Assembly (NCBI GenBank): GCA_973895155.1
Contig: OZ316893.1
Coordinates: forward strand, 24,851,520-24,915,519
Source of the DNA: Marsupella aquatica
Taxonomy: Eukaryota; Plantae; Marchantiophyta
Reading direction: 5' to 3'
DNA length: 64,000 bases
Made by a program: the position numbers and the translations under genes. Shown here in pieces: positions 26,562 to 39,171 of the stretch (position 1 is the first letter of the stretch; each line of letters begins with the position of its first letter). The notes beneath the pieces are model-generated. The model was not told where the DNA came from. It worked only from the letters and a program-made list of their open reading frames with translations, and searched no databases.

Positions 26562-28859
26562 ACCCTTCTTTTGCTTTGTTCTTCCAACGTGTTTCTTTGT
26601 GTACCCTTGACATCCCAATTTTATTGTTCATGGGCTATTCCCATCAGACTCCCCATTCTCCTCTAAAAAAATCTTCATTGATGACCATTTTTTCAAACCC
26701 TTCATTCCTTTTGCAATAGCAACCTGGCCACGTGACAACCTAGCTGAAATATCAATACTTTTGTAGTTTGTAATAACCTGCTCAAACTGTCAATAACTCT
26801 CCAACAACAACTTGGCTCAAACAATGTACAACACTTCCATCACAACATCATGGTTGAAATGACAACACTTCTGCCAAGACTTTGGCAATAAAACTGGCCC
26901 AAAACACTGATACATTGTTTGCTTAACACCATGGCTTCAACAACGCCCTGCACGCCTTGGTTCACCATCTGTGCCTCCTCCCTCCTTGACATGCCCTCCT
27001 TGAAGCTCCATCAAACATGCCATGAGCATGAGAAGAGCGTGGCAACAATAAAGGTGGGGGCAAAAGGGTGTGGGGGAGGGAACTTACTAAATATTAACAA
27101 GGGGAAGGGGAAAGAGAAAAAATTATCTTTCCATAGCACCGCAAGACTGGTAATTGGACCTGCAATCCCCTGCCGCCATCGTTGGCCATCTTTCCCTCCT
27201 CTCCCCCTCCCATGCACTACCCCAAAACTAGATTTTGGGAACAATAACCACTCAATTGGAACAATGGAAGGGCTAAGTTGCATCCATAGCATCACTGCAC
27301 AAACAGAGCCAGACGGGCAATACTTACTTGCCTCTTGTGCACTTCTATATCTTACCTCCATGTTTTTGTGCAATTTCAGAGAAAATTCTTAAGTTTTCCC
27401 TTAGAATCAATAAAATGATCCTATCCTTTGTCGCATGTGATGTGTCATTTTTGTGGAAGTGAAACCGGCCCCCAAGCAGGAAGGAGTAATCAAGCTAGTG
27501 ATAGAGTAGTTCAAGTGAAGACCCTGTTTGAATCTTGAGTAGTCTCTCAAATGAGAGACTAGTTCAAGGCAGAACCCTATTTGAACCCTCAGCAGTTTGA
27601 GAGACTATGCTCACCTCACCTCACCTCACCCCCGACCTCACCTCACCATATATCCATGATTCAAGATGAAAGATAAAATAATTGAGACTCATAATGAACC
27701 TTTGGTTCTTAGAATCCGCTTTGTGCCTGCACTTGTTGCCCATCGTTTTTTGTTTCTCACAAATTTTTCCTGTGTGAATAGGGTGTGAATGAATGTCACT
27801 TTTGTGTGGCATGTGCCAGCTGTGTTAGAACTAGTGACTTGCCCTTTTCCTATTGACCTGGTCTATCACTCAACATGGGGACAGCTGAGGACCATGGTGA
27901 TTCGCACCCAACATTTATCCTGATATAGAAGTCAGGCATAGGGGGCAGCAGGCAGGTAGGAAGAGGCTACTCAATGCTAATCCACATTGATTAGCCTCAA
28001 TCTTAAGCCTTGTCTTTAATGTATCCATGCCCAGATTTGGCCACAACTAGGGCGTCTCAAAGCTTCAAAATTATAGATGATGGCTTTTGGCTATAAAGGA
28101 ATGGTCATAACTTTTTCACAATATCATGTAATAGTTTTAGAATGTAATGGTTCACTAGCTTCTAAAGTGACTAGTGATAATAACATACTACCAATATTTA
28201 ATTTATGGCAAATGTACTATGTATAGGGTAATGGTCTTGAGATGGACCATTACCACGCATAAAGGTCAACCATCTATTTGGGAGGCATACGGGAGACCAT
28301 ATACATGTAATGGCCCACCACAAGCCCATTGGCTAACGTTAAGGTTGTGAGACCATGACAACCCATTACCCTGCATGCAATCCGTCCGTTGCCACTTTAA
28401 AATGTGCAAAATTCATCCCTATGTATTGTTGTACAATGTATATGTACGGTTCAACCTTAGTGAGATATAATCATTAGGAAAGTAGCTTATCTGTCAGCTT
28501 CTGAGTGAACTAAAAAGTGAATGGCACCCTGGAGAACCTTAGGCCCAACTTGCATGTGAAGGGTCTTTCAAAAAACGGCCCTCAACTTGAGTCGTGTGAG
28601 TATGTGAATGAGCGAGACTTTTCTGGTAGCACCCCCTCATGCACCAAGCCTGAAAGCTATGGGACACATGTGGTGAAAAGAAGTTGCAGGGAGAAGATAG
28701 TATTGGACCAAAATATTTGCTTTCATCCAAACATTGAGAGAGTGCTTAGGGCTGGAAACATAGTCTCTCACATGTGAGTTGGGCCTTAACAAATTTGGTA
28801 GTCCTTAACTTTTTGTGTCCCTAATGCTTAATAGGTACAACTTAATTGGTATAGGATAA

Positions 28860-30600
28860 TGCAGGTCTGGTTTGGGGTTATTAGGCTATAACCCTATGCC
28901 CTGAAAGTGAAAAATACCTGACCATTGGTAGCCAAGAAGGTTGTCCGAGCCTTCTTGGAGCAGGGTTCACGCTAGAACTTCTGCCCAGACATGCATTATA
29001 ATACATTCAGATTAGGTGCTACCATTTTCATTATAACCTTGTGCCCGGAAAGTCCTACCTCCTAGTCCTTTTTTTGGAGAGATATTAAGTATGATAAAAC
29101 ACTGTTTGGGCTGGGGTTCTAGTCTTAAACCTGTTGTCATAAGCTCAGAAAAGCATCCTGGTTGCTGGCAATGAACATTTCCTCACTTTCTGGTCATAGG
29201 GTTATAGGCTAGTAACCCCAGACCAAACAGTCATTACCCAATTATACATAATTTTTATCGGGAAAAAGGTTATCCCCGGGCAACAGATTACGGGAATAGC
29301 AAAAAGACTCCAAAAATGTTTACATGCCAATAACCTGGCCTCCAAGAATGTTTACATGCCCTAAACTCCCGAAAATGTTTGCATGCCCCTAACCTGCCTT
29401 CTTGACACCTCTGGCACCTCTGAGAATGTTTACATGCCCTAAACTTCATAAAATGTTTACATGCCCCTAACTTGCCTTCTTGACACCTCCAAGAATGTTT
29501 ACATGCCCTAAACTTCCTAAAATGTTGACATGCCCCTAACTTGCCTTCTTGACAAACATTCATGCAGTGTAATAACCTGCCTTTGTAATTCCTGTTGGGA
29601 AGAAAGGTTACCGGTGTGTAACCTTGTCTACTAGGTGCCATCATTTCCATAACCCTGAGACCAGAAAGTCTTGCCCGGTAATCTTTTTTTCTGGGCAGGT
29701 ATTACGTATGATAATGATTATTTGGACTGAGATTCTAATCTGAAACCTGTTTCCACAAAGCTCATAAAAACTTCCCTGCCTGTCAGCATTTCCTCACTTT
29801 GTGATCATAGGATTACTGACTTGTAACCCTCACTTTATGGTCATAGGATTATTCCTCACTCAACATTTCCTCACTTTATGGTCATAGGATTACATACTTG
29901 TAACCCTCACTTTATGAATATGATAATGTCCTGGTTAGAGGGCATTATATCTGGCATTATGAGATATAATGCCGTGAAAAATGAGGACGGTAGCCCAAGT
30001 TTTGAGGGCATTATTCCCATAATGTCAATAACTAGGACATTAATGTACCTAAAAACTTGAGTGATTTTTTGATAACAAACAAGAAAAGGTGAATCTATGA
30101 ATAGAAAATACAAGCCAAAGGGCCTGCAATTGGTCAAAGGCATGAAAGAAGTTAAAAACAAATCTTTTGATTTTGATACAAGTTATTATGTTATTTGGAT
30201 TTTACTGATTTTGATACAAGTTATTATGTTATTTTATTTGGTAACACTATATTTGGATTTTACCTTTCCTATTTTTTGATACTTCACATAATGCCCTCCT
30301 CCTCAAAAGAATGGAGGCTGTATGAGAAATTAATGCACTCAAAAATACAAAGAGAAAAATAAAAAAAGTCTTTACAGTCATAGGATTATTACTCATTTGG
30401 TGGTCATAGGTTTACAGACTTGTAACCCCATACAATACAATCATTACCCTATACTTGACAAAAACTTACCCTATACCTGACAAAAATTTATGTAATGTAA
30501 TGCTAGTAAATCCAGACAAAACCGTCATTACCCTATACAATACAGAAATTTATGTAATGTAATGACCTGCCTTCTTGACAGAATTTATGTAGTGTAATGC
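28860..30600. repeat. Modular repeat complex (family D) with an internal minisatellite at 29310-29560
   Basis: Repeated modules CATTTCCTCACTTT..GGTCATAGG, GGGCTGGGGTTCTAGTC and GTCATTACCC; internal AATGTTTACATGCCC tandem units; inverted counterpart at 36050-36860. Confidence 0.75.
29924..30365. mobile_element. Dispersed repeat family C, copy 2, nested in family D
   Basis: Aligns with 12712-13115; family D modules resume after it. Confidence 0.7.
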
Positions 30601-30637
30601 GTGGCAGTGGAGCTGTGAACTCGTGCAGTGACCAGAA

Positions 30638-30714
30638 GCGGCAAATCACTCTTCGACCGAGTATATTTGAAAGCTGCACTGCAAGTTTCTGATTCTGTGC
30701 CGGGGTTTAGGGTT
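30638..30714. promoter_or_regulatory. Candidate E2F site and telo-box-like motif at the APC8 5' end
   Basis: GCGGCAAA (reverse complement TTTGCCGC) at 30638-30645 and GGGTTTAGGGTT at 30703-30714, where repeat DNA gives way to leader-like sequence of a cell-cycle gene. Short motifs that could arise by chance. Confidence 0.35.
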
Positions 30715-30772
30715 CAGCTTCTCCTTCTGAGCTGACCCAGCTGCACCTGACCCAGCTGCCAATCCTCGAGTG

Positions 30773-30957
30773 TGGCAAGCATTGCTGACAACAGCTTTCG
30801 CATCCTCTTCTCAAGTGTTCGTTTGAGAGTTTCGACTCCAATCGTCGAGTTTGGCAAGCATTGCTGACAACAGCTTTCGCATCCTCTGCTCAAATGTTCG
30901 TTTGAGAGTTTCGACTCCAATCGTCGAGCCTGGCAAGCAATGCTGACAACAGCTTTT
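30773..30957. repeat. Tandem repeat, ~79 bp x2.3, in the APC8 leader
   Basis: TGGCAAGCA(T/A)TGCTGACAACAGCTTT occurs three times. Confidence 0.9.
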
Positions 30958-32024
30958 GAATCCACTAGTGAGAGCACAAATGCAGCTGAGAAGTAGAAGT
31001 AGAAGGCGAAGGTGCGTGAGCGGATCTGTGGGCTAGAGATGATCAATGTTTGAAAATGGAATTTGGTCTCTCGATGATGGGGCGAATTGCTCTTCTTGAG
31101 GTGATTACCTAGTGTTACAGGGCGAGCTCTAGTCGTGGAGCTGCTGCTGGCAAGGCTGTGCGCCAAAGGAGTTCTCCTTGACTGACGATTCTTCTCTTGA
31201 CGATGATAGTACCTGTCAGGTAATGAATGCATCAAGCACAAGTTGTGCTAACGTTTCTTGCTGGCCTTGCCTTGGGGTATCACTGCTTGAAAAACTTTGT
31301 TACATTGCATACCTCTGTTGGTGCTCTTGAATTCTTCTTACCTCGTGTTCCTGTCCGATTTCCGAAGGGCTGAGGACCATTAATTCGTTCATTACCTGAC
31401 CTTAGTGGTTCTGCTGTGCCAAGCTATCCCTTCCAACGCAGCGAATTATATTCGAGGCTATGGGAATGGCCGTAATATTGTATTTGTAGCAATGAAGACT
31501 CGGTTCATATTTTGGCTTCTTCCCATTTCCGACATGTGAATGTTGGTTGAGGGTCCCCTTCTGGATTTGGATTGCGTCTAACCCAGGTGAAAAAAGATGG
31601 TGTGAGGTATCTTAGAATTGGAAGACCAATCGAGGGCCATTCTTTCCTCTGGCTGCTAGTAATAATCGGGTTTGGGTTTGACTTCCAGGTATTGGGTATG
31701 CTCGAGCAAAGCAGTTTGTGCCGGAAGGCGATAACGTCATTATATGCCCTCGTTCAGGCACGCTCTACGCCTTAACCTCGCCTTTTGGTTTCATTTATCC
31801 CCATATCTGGAAGAACTGATTCATTCCGTATGATTGAAGAATTCTGCGACATTTAAAAAAATTGACAAGTCGGACTGTGAACCAGTTTAGCGCATAAAAA
31901 TGCTTTCTCATGACGGTTGGTGCAACAGAATGAGACGACACTTACCCGGAGAAAGTCCTCAGGACGGTGGACTTCCGTGCTGTCGTGATCCACCCAAGGG
32001 CTGCGTCTTTTAGGCACTTCTGTC

Positions 32025-34262
32025 ATGGCAGCGGCAGGGATTTCCCATCGTGTGGAGTTGCGTCGTGCAATTGGCCAGCTCCGAGACCGCGGACTCTATG
32101 CTGCAGCTAAATGGTCAGACATGATGCCTCTCTGTACAGCTATTCATTCCTTTCCATAACGTATTTGTCTCGATTTTTACTCTCGGCGGATTTTGGGCAG
32201 GGCGGCTGAAGAGTTAGTAGGTCTTCCCGAGGAGACGCTTGCTGAGAAAGCCGCTGTGAAGAGACAATCGAGGAGGAAAGAACTACCTGGGACAGGGGCC
32301 CTAATCTCATTGCGGGAGGAGGATGAAGAGGAAGATGATGAAGTACTGCTTTTGGCAAAGGCTTATTTTGACATGCGTGAATACAGGAGAGCAGCGCATG
32401 CCTTGCATGGCCAGTCTGGTCACAAAGCAGTATTCCTTCGCTGCTATGCAACTTACCTGGTAATTTTCTCTGCTCCACACCTTGACTGAGTCTCTCGTGA
32501 GATAGTCTATTTCAAGATAACCATGCCTCTCGTTGTGTGATTATTGCGATGGGAAGCTGTCAGCTGTGACATAGCGTTCCGAGCTCTAATTTCTTCAAAT
32601 GTCTGTGGATGTCTTCAGTATGGAGAGAAGAGGAAAGAGGAAGAGATAGTGGAGTTGGCAGGGCCTCTAGGAAGGAGTGATGCTGTGAATGAAGAGCTAG
32701 CAGGGTTGGAACAGGAGCTCTCAGCCTTGTATGTCAAGGGGACGTTGGATGCATTCGGGAGCTACCTGTACGGTGTAGTTTTGCATGAAAGGGAGAGAAG
32801 GGTGGAAGCCAGAGCTGTGCTTTGCTCTTCTGTGAATTCATATCCTTGGAATTGGAGTGCCTGGCTGGAGCTTCAAGCCCTTTGTACAGATCCTGACATT
32901 CTACCCCAACTCCATCTCAATGACCACTGGATGCGCGACTTTTTTGTAGCTAGTGTGTACCTAGATTTGCAGCGAAATTCGGATGGTTTGGCTCGATATC
33001 GAGCTCTGAACACGATTTTTCCAAGGAGTGACCACATTTTATCTCAGACAGCTACAGCCCTTTACAATTTGCGTGAGTTTGATGAGGCGGAGGGCCTGTT
33101 TGAGGAACTTCTTCGTACCGATCCGTATCGCATAGAAGGCTTAGACACCTACTCCAACATTTTGTATGTAAAAGAGTGTTTTGCTGCGCTTAGCTTCCTT
33201 GCACACAAAGCAGTTCTCACTGACAAGTACCGTCCTGAGACCTGTTGCATTATCGGAAATTACTACAGTCTGAAAGCCCAACATGAAAAAGCCGTCCTGT
33301 ACTTTAAGCGAGCCTTGAAATTGAACAGGAAGTACCTGTCAGCGTGGACCCTCATGGGACATGAGTATGTGGAACTCAAAAACACTCCGGCTGCCATAGA
33401 CGCCTATCGTAGAGCTGTCGATATAAATCCAAGGGATTATCGAGCGTGGTACGGTCTTGGGCAGACTTATGAACTGCTGATTATGCCTTATTATGCTTTG
33501 TATTATTATCGGCGAGCTACACAGTTGAGACCTCATGATGCCCGAATGTGGTGTGCAATGGGACAATGCTATGAAAATGATCAGTTGCAGATGCATGAGG
33601 CAGCAATACGGTGCTACAAACGAGCTGTTTCGAATAATGATCGTGAAGGAATAGCCCTCCATAAGCTCGCCAAGTTGCATCATCAGTTAGGACAGATGGA
33701 CCAAGCGGCCATCTTCTACAAGAAAAACCTGGATAGAATGGAGGCTGATCAAAATGAGGGGCAGGACATAGTGGAGGCCTTGCTCTTCTTAGCCACTCAC
33801 TGTAAAAATCAGAATATGCTGCAAGCGGCTGAGCATTACTGCACCAGACTGCTCGAGTATGGAGGCCCTGTAAGTATCTCTAACAATTTTGTGGTTTTTT
33901 CCGAGTGCAGTGGTGCTATTGATGAACTCTTTCTTGGCACTGCATCGTTGAGGAGTCCATATCTCCAAGTTTTGCAAGATGAATTGCTGTTTTGCTTTAC
34001 AATGTTAAATCTACCGTGTTATGTCGTGCCGCAATATTTTCAGTAGAACCATTTGTTTGCAATCTTGTTGGCTGTAATTTGGTTCTGAGTCACTCAATTT
34101 TTCCTCATGTCTTCTGCACAGGCCAAGGAAGATGCAAAGGCTTTACTCCGAGAGATTCGAAGTGTACAGCAACATGCATCGACGTTACCTTCGATGGATA
34201 TCGAGCAGTTTACTCCTTCACCACCGAATCCAAGCTCGCAGTGTTCATATCTGGCAAGCTGA
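32025..34262 (+). CDS. APC8: Anaphase-promoting complex subunit 8 (CDC23), TPR protein
   Basis: Exons 32025-32113, 32201-32459, 32619-33869, 34122-34262. Motifs LRDRGLYAAAKWAAE, LLAKAYFDMREYRRAAH, DKYRPETCCIIGNYYSLK, AWTLMGHEYVE, DYRAWYGLGQTYE. Confidence 0.97.
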
Positions 34263-36049
34263 GTTCAGTGGACTGCGGTAGGCAGGCGGCACGGTGATGT
34301 AGAACTTATAAGTTTTGTTCTAAAATCTACAGGAGAGTCTTTACGGCCACGTCATAGTGAAGGTGTGCCATTGATTAATTCCATAAATGGATTGGCTTTA
34401 CGCACATGGTTTTTTAGAACTTTGGAGCCTTGCTGCAATGCTGTATGTGTTGTCCACCCTCTTGCTTCTTTTGGATAAATTAACTTTAGAAGTGCAATCG
34501 TGTATCTGACATCAATTTAGTCTGGATATCTCCTTGGACTATCAAATCGTTGCTTGTGGAAGGCCCAATGTGATTTTGTAGCCTAATTAATTGGAAGGGA
34601 AATCTGAATCTATCTGTTACCACAAATAGTCTTACATATAGCTTTTTTGTGAATTCGTTGTTTGAGAGTTATAGTAGGTTCAGATAAGAGTATTGTTTTG
34701 GGTGCTGATGACATAGGCTTATCAATTTAGCAACCTTATGGTGGAGAGTGTGATGTTGGTTATTTCAACTCGTTTTCTGACGTGATATCTCTGTGATGCA
34801 CTGTGTGCTGGTGGGATGGCAGACAACAGTGATACCTTTGGGTCTGTTGACTTTAGTCGCGCCAGAAACTCACGTCTGTTGTCACGTGGTTGTCTTCAGC
34901 TGTGGAGCTCGCTGTTCCTTCTGCTCGGTTAAGGCATGCCCTTCACCTATCAGAGCTGGACTGCTTAGTTGGTGAATTTCATTTTATTGTACGTTTTTGG
35001 CAATTGTTGATGCCAACGTATTCGCATGTTGAGAGAAATTGTATAATGAGTTAGGCAATTGTTAAATTCCGTTAAGGCACGATAGATTTGATGACTAGGA
35101 CTATGGAGCTGTTGTAAGTCCCCTGATTTGGTCTCTGTTGCAAAAACATTATGGCCTTCATCAAGACCAAGATAGGACACAGATCTGGGGCCTCCTTAAA
35201 CAACGTGGAAGTTGCTTCTGCTGCATTTTTCTCCATCATGTGCAAGATCGCACTTGTACCGCTGTCGAAGTACGGTCAACTGGACCCAAACCTCACAACC
35301 ACAGAAATATAGGTCAGGTTCCTTACTGGTAGCTGTCATTGTGTATCTCATTTCCTGCACCGGCGGACTCTCTGACGATTCCAAAGACGAGTTTTTCTCA
35401 TCGATGCAGAAAATAGGACGCTGGTGTATACATCTGGGTATTCTTCCGGTTGGGGCTTCCATGTAGTGGATTAGTGGAAGATCTGCATGTAGTTTTCTGT
35501 ATGGGAGCTGTCTGGTGGAAGAAATTAGAATGGGAAAACTTTATGGTAGGTTTGTTCGTTTCCTTTTGGAATGGAGTGAAGACCATCTGGAAGCATACGG
35601 CTATGGGTAATGTTGGCCCAAGCGTCAATTTGCAGTGCCTGGAATCTCTGTTTGGGGCCATGGCCTACAACCCCACTAGGCTGATTGCCGTTGTGTATTA
35701 CAACCCATAAACCCTAAACCCTCTCGAAACATAGTACAGGACAGAAAAATCTCAGATATTTATCGATAAGAGTTTGGGATAAGGTCCATGCAATTTGTTC
35801 ATACTCCTATAGGGGCTTGCACTTGTAAATTTGCGTTTTTCAAACTTGTGCAAAAAAAATGGTAGTGCCTTGCCATAAAGGTTGGTTGCTCTTCTAGAGT
35901 GTACTTATTGCGAGTTCACTCTGTACCAGCTTTGGTGAAAAGTTGTGGGTATGCACTTATAGAGTTTGCCCAAGGCACATAACCATTGGACCTCGTCTCA
36001 AGCCAGCCAAGATGCCGTCTGCCAAAATAAAGCGTCAAAACTGGATCTC

Positions 36050-36860
36050 GACAAAATCTGGACAAAAGTGAATTACACCTAGGGTAATGATGCTTGGGTC
36101 TGGGTTACTAGCCTGTGTGACCAGAAAGTGAGTAAATGTTACTAGCCTGTGACCAGAAATGATACTGTCAGCAAAAATGCAGAGTCAAATCTGAATCTGG
36201 ACAAAAGTGAATTACATATCCTAATGATGGTTGGGTCTTGGTTACTAGCCAAAGTGAATTACATATCCTAATGATGGCTGGGTTTTGGTTAGTGTCTTGG
36301 TTACTAGCCTGTGACCAGAAAGTTTGGTTACTAGCCTTTGACCAGAAAGTGAGGAAATGCTGATGCACTGGGGTTACTAGCCTCTGACCAGAAAGTGAAA
36401 GTGAATGATGCTGTCTGCCAAATTATAGTGTCAAAACTGAATTTGGACAAAGGTGGCCGAAATACAGTGTCAAAACTGACCAGAAAGTGAGGAAATGCAT
36501 GGGGTTACTAGCTTGTGACCAGAAAATGAGGAAATGTGGTTACTAGCCTGTGACCAGAAAGTGAGTAAATGCATGGGGTTACTAGCTTGTGACCAGAAAA
36601 TGAGGAAATGTTGACTGGTGGTGGCTGGGAAACTTTTCTGAGCTTTGTGGAAACAGGTCTCAGACTAGAACCCCAGCCCAATATGATCTGTATCATAGGG
36701 AATATTTGTATGGAAAAAAGATTACCAGGTAGTACGTTGATCTGTATCATAGGGAATATTTGTATGGAAAAAAGATTACCAGGTAGTACGTTTCAGGCAT
36801 AGGGTTCTGAAAATGGTGGGTTTTGAAAATGGTAGCACCTGTAGAAAAGGTTACACACTG
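36050..36860. repeat. Family D modular repeat, inverted relative to 28860-30600
   Basis: Many GGTTACTAGCCTGTGACCAGAAAGTGAG modules; the reverse complement of 36490-36858 aligns with 29613-29900 and 29015-29240. Confidence 0.8.
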
Positions 36861-36985
36861 GTAATTATGGTATGCTATGTACTTGGTTAGGTTGACCAAT
36901 GGCACATACTTATGATGGGTTACACACTGGTAATTATGGTATGCTATGTACTTGGTTAGGTTGACCAATGGCACATACTTATGAT
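36849..36985. repeat. Near-perfect tandem duplication, ~69 bp x2
   Basis: GGTTACACACTGGTAATTATGG...CATACTTATGATG occurs twice. Confidence 0.9.
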
Positions 36986-38241
36986 GACTGTGACCATGTG
37001 ATGAATGTGGCTGGCTGTTGTCCCTTTGGCACCATTGGACCTTCCTGCGGACTCTTTGCACCCAATTAGGGCCCGGCTCTCTGTCCGTACCCCTTGATCC
37101 AACGCTGAAGATCACATACCCCGTTTCCAATGTGATCCACCCTTTAGGATCCTTTTGCACCATTAACGAATGACTGATTGTGGGAGGATCCTGGATTCCA
37201 ACACATGAGTGTGGAAGGAATAATCATGTTTTTGGTCTTTGAATGAAAGGATCTTCTAAGGAGTACTTCACATGAATGTTGGGGGCACTTGGTAGGTTTT
37301 TTTCACCAAAACAAATTGGAGGACCATTTCACACACTAAATATAGTGTCCCTGTGCTAAAAGCATTTTTTTGGACTCCTTTTATGGCCCCAAAGCTCTTG
37401 TAAAGCTAAGTGCAGCCAGGGGTGCTACATTAATTTGTTAAAATACAGATTGAGTATCCACTCAACCTGAATGTCATTTATTCTTTGGCTAAAGCCGTTC
37501 TAGATGTGACAAGAGAAGATCATTCTTTGGCTAAAGCCTTTCTAGATATGGCAAGAGAAGATCATATGAAGGACTTGTGGGTCCCACTTTACTGCAAATG
37601 ACTTAAAATAGAAATGGACCAAGGGGCCAGAAGAAGAGACCTCCAACAAAGGTGGTCTAAAAGCTAGGACAAAAGTGCTCCACATAAGCAAAAATTGGGT
37701 GCACTCCATTCCATGATGGATTGGTAACAGGTTTGGTTGAAAGTGCCCCAAGGTGGTGTAAAGTTAAAGTGCCCCCAAGGTTTTGTAAAGTGAACAGCAA
37801 CAGTTTCTATGGAATGGATGACCCTGATCACATCTTGGAGACCAAAAAAAGTGAAAACTGCCCCCAAGGAGACCAAAAAAAGTGGAAACTTCCCCCAACT
37901 TCTCCTAAAGCCACCCTAAAAAGAATAAAATAAAACAATCATTTTTCTTGTCCGTTTCTCCTTGGGTACCTTCTTAGCAGGTTATTTTGAATAAGGTAAT
38001 ATATTGGTCAGAGTGCATTGTGGAATATATTGGCCGATAATGATAGTAACCAGAACATTAGATTATACATGATGGCATGCAATGAGGGTGAATAGAAGAT
38101 TCAATAATGTAAAATTTTGGAAGTCTAAGCCCGGAAGGACCCGGACGTTTTCCTTGGCAATTCCCGTGGATTGTGAATTCACTTTGCATGCTTGCTACCA
38201 TATAAGCAGGTGCTAGCCATAAAAAAGCTGAAAGTGCACGA

Positions 38242-38446
38242 AAAGAATTTGTCCTTGCTAAGCTAACTAAACCACAGTTCGAATGTGGGCGTGAGCTCCT
38301 TCCAATAAACCCTCCCTCCGCTACACCCTCCCTCCCCTCGTCTGCCTCTCCTCTCCCCTCCCGAGCCCATGGTCCTAGTGCTCAAAAATAATTCTTTCTC
38401 GATAAGCTAACTAAACCACGGTTGAATGTGGGCGCGAGCTCCTTCA
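38242..38446 (+). promoter_or_regulatory. Two copies of a ~65 bp module also found upstream of APR (42152-42216)
   Basis: TAAGCTAACTAAACCAC(A/G)GTT(C)GAATGTGGGCG(T/C)GAGCTCCTTC at ~38259 and ~38403, versus TAAGCCAAACTAAACCACGGTTCGAATGTCGGCGCGGGCACCTTCC at ~42170. Confidence 0.55.
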
Positions 38447-38767
38447 AATAATATAGGGGGTCTCAATTAAAGGCTTGCAGGCCCATAAGGGCTGCCCGGG
38501 GCAGGGCCCAAACGGAAGTCTGCCAAATGCGTGCGGACATCCAAAACCATTGTTGTCGCACTTCCGGCCCGGGAGCCAACGTTGTCTGGTCACCGACCTC
38601 CAGTTATTGGATTTAAACCTCCACATGTCAACTACAAATTGGTTAAAGTTGAAACATAATTTCTCCTCCAGGACCAATTCCTCAATCTAAGGGGTGGTGG
38701 TGATGATATCTTTCACAGTGCCCAAGGGAAAAAATGCAGAATCAGGAGACAAGATCCCAAAGGCAAA

Positions 38768-38910
38768 GCCCAGAGAGGCATGGTTGAGTGGTAGCTTGTC
38801 CGAGTGGAGACCGATAGGTCTTGGGTTCAAATGTTCTGACTGATTGTTCCCTTTCTGTGGGGTTTTCACATATTTCTCCTTAAAATTTAAAATAATAATA
38901 ATAATAATAA
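38768..38910 (+). mobile_element. tRNA-derived SINE, copy 2, with target-site duplication
   Basis: A-box-like TGGTTGAGTGG, B-box-like GGTTCAAAT, (AAT)n tail. Flanked by AAGATCCCAAAGGCAAA (38751-38767) and AAGATACAAAAGGCAAA (38911-38927). Confidence 0.8.
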
Positions 38911-39171
38911 AAGATACAAAAGGCAAATCTACCCAATGAAAGGGAGTAAAAGATCACATATTTCTCCTTAAAATGTAAAATAATAACAGTAATAATCCAA
39001 AGGCAAAGCAACCAAGGGGAGGAAAAGTGGGGAAAGGGCCCTAGGACTCTCCATGAGGCTTTGTGAGAAGGACCTTCCTGGGCATGGTCTCAAATGCACA
39101 AGAGTACCAGGATGAAAAAGGAAGTACAGTAGAAGCTTTGAGGTGAGAGGTTCGTCGATGTGTTTGCTTCC

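Noticed and set aside
29288-29650. 120 aa Cys-rich repetitive ORF
   Set aside because: It is the translation of a minisatellite within repeat family D.
30714-31241. 175 aa minus-strand ORF upstream of APC8
   Set aside because: Non-ATG start, overlaps a tandem repeat in the leader, and has no recognisable domain.
35708-35722. Telomere-like AAACCCTAAACCCT
   Set aside because: Only two units with no associated gene start or array.
38768-38840. Possible tRNA gene
   Set aside because: No convincing cloverleaf; the tail, TSD and second dispersed copy indicate a SINE.
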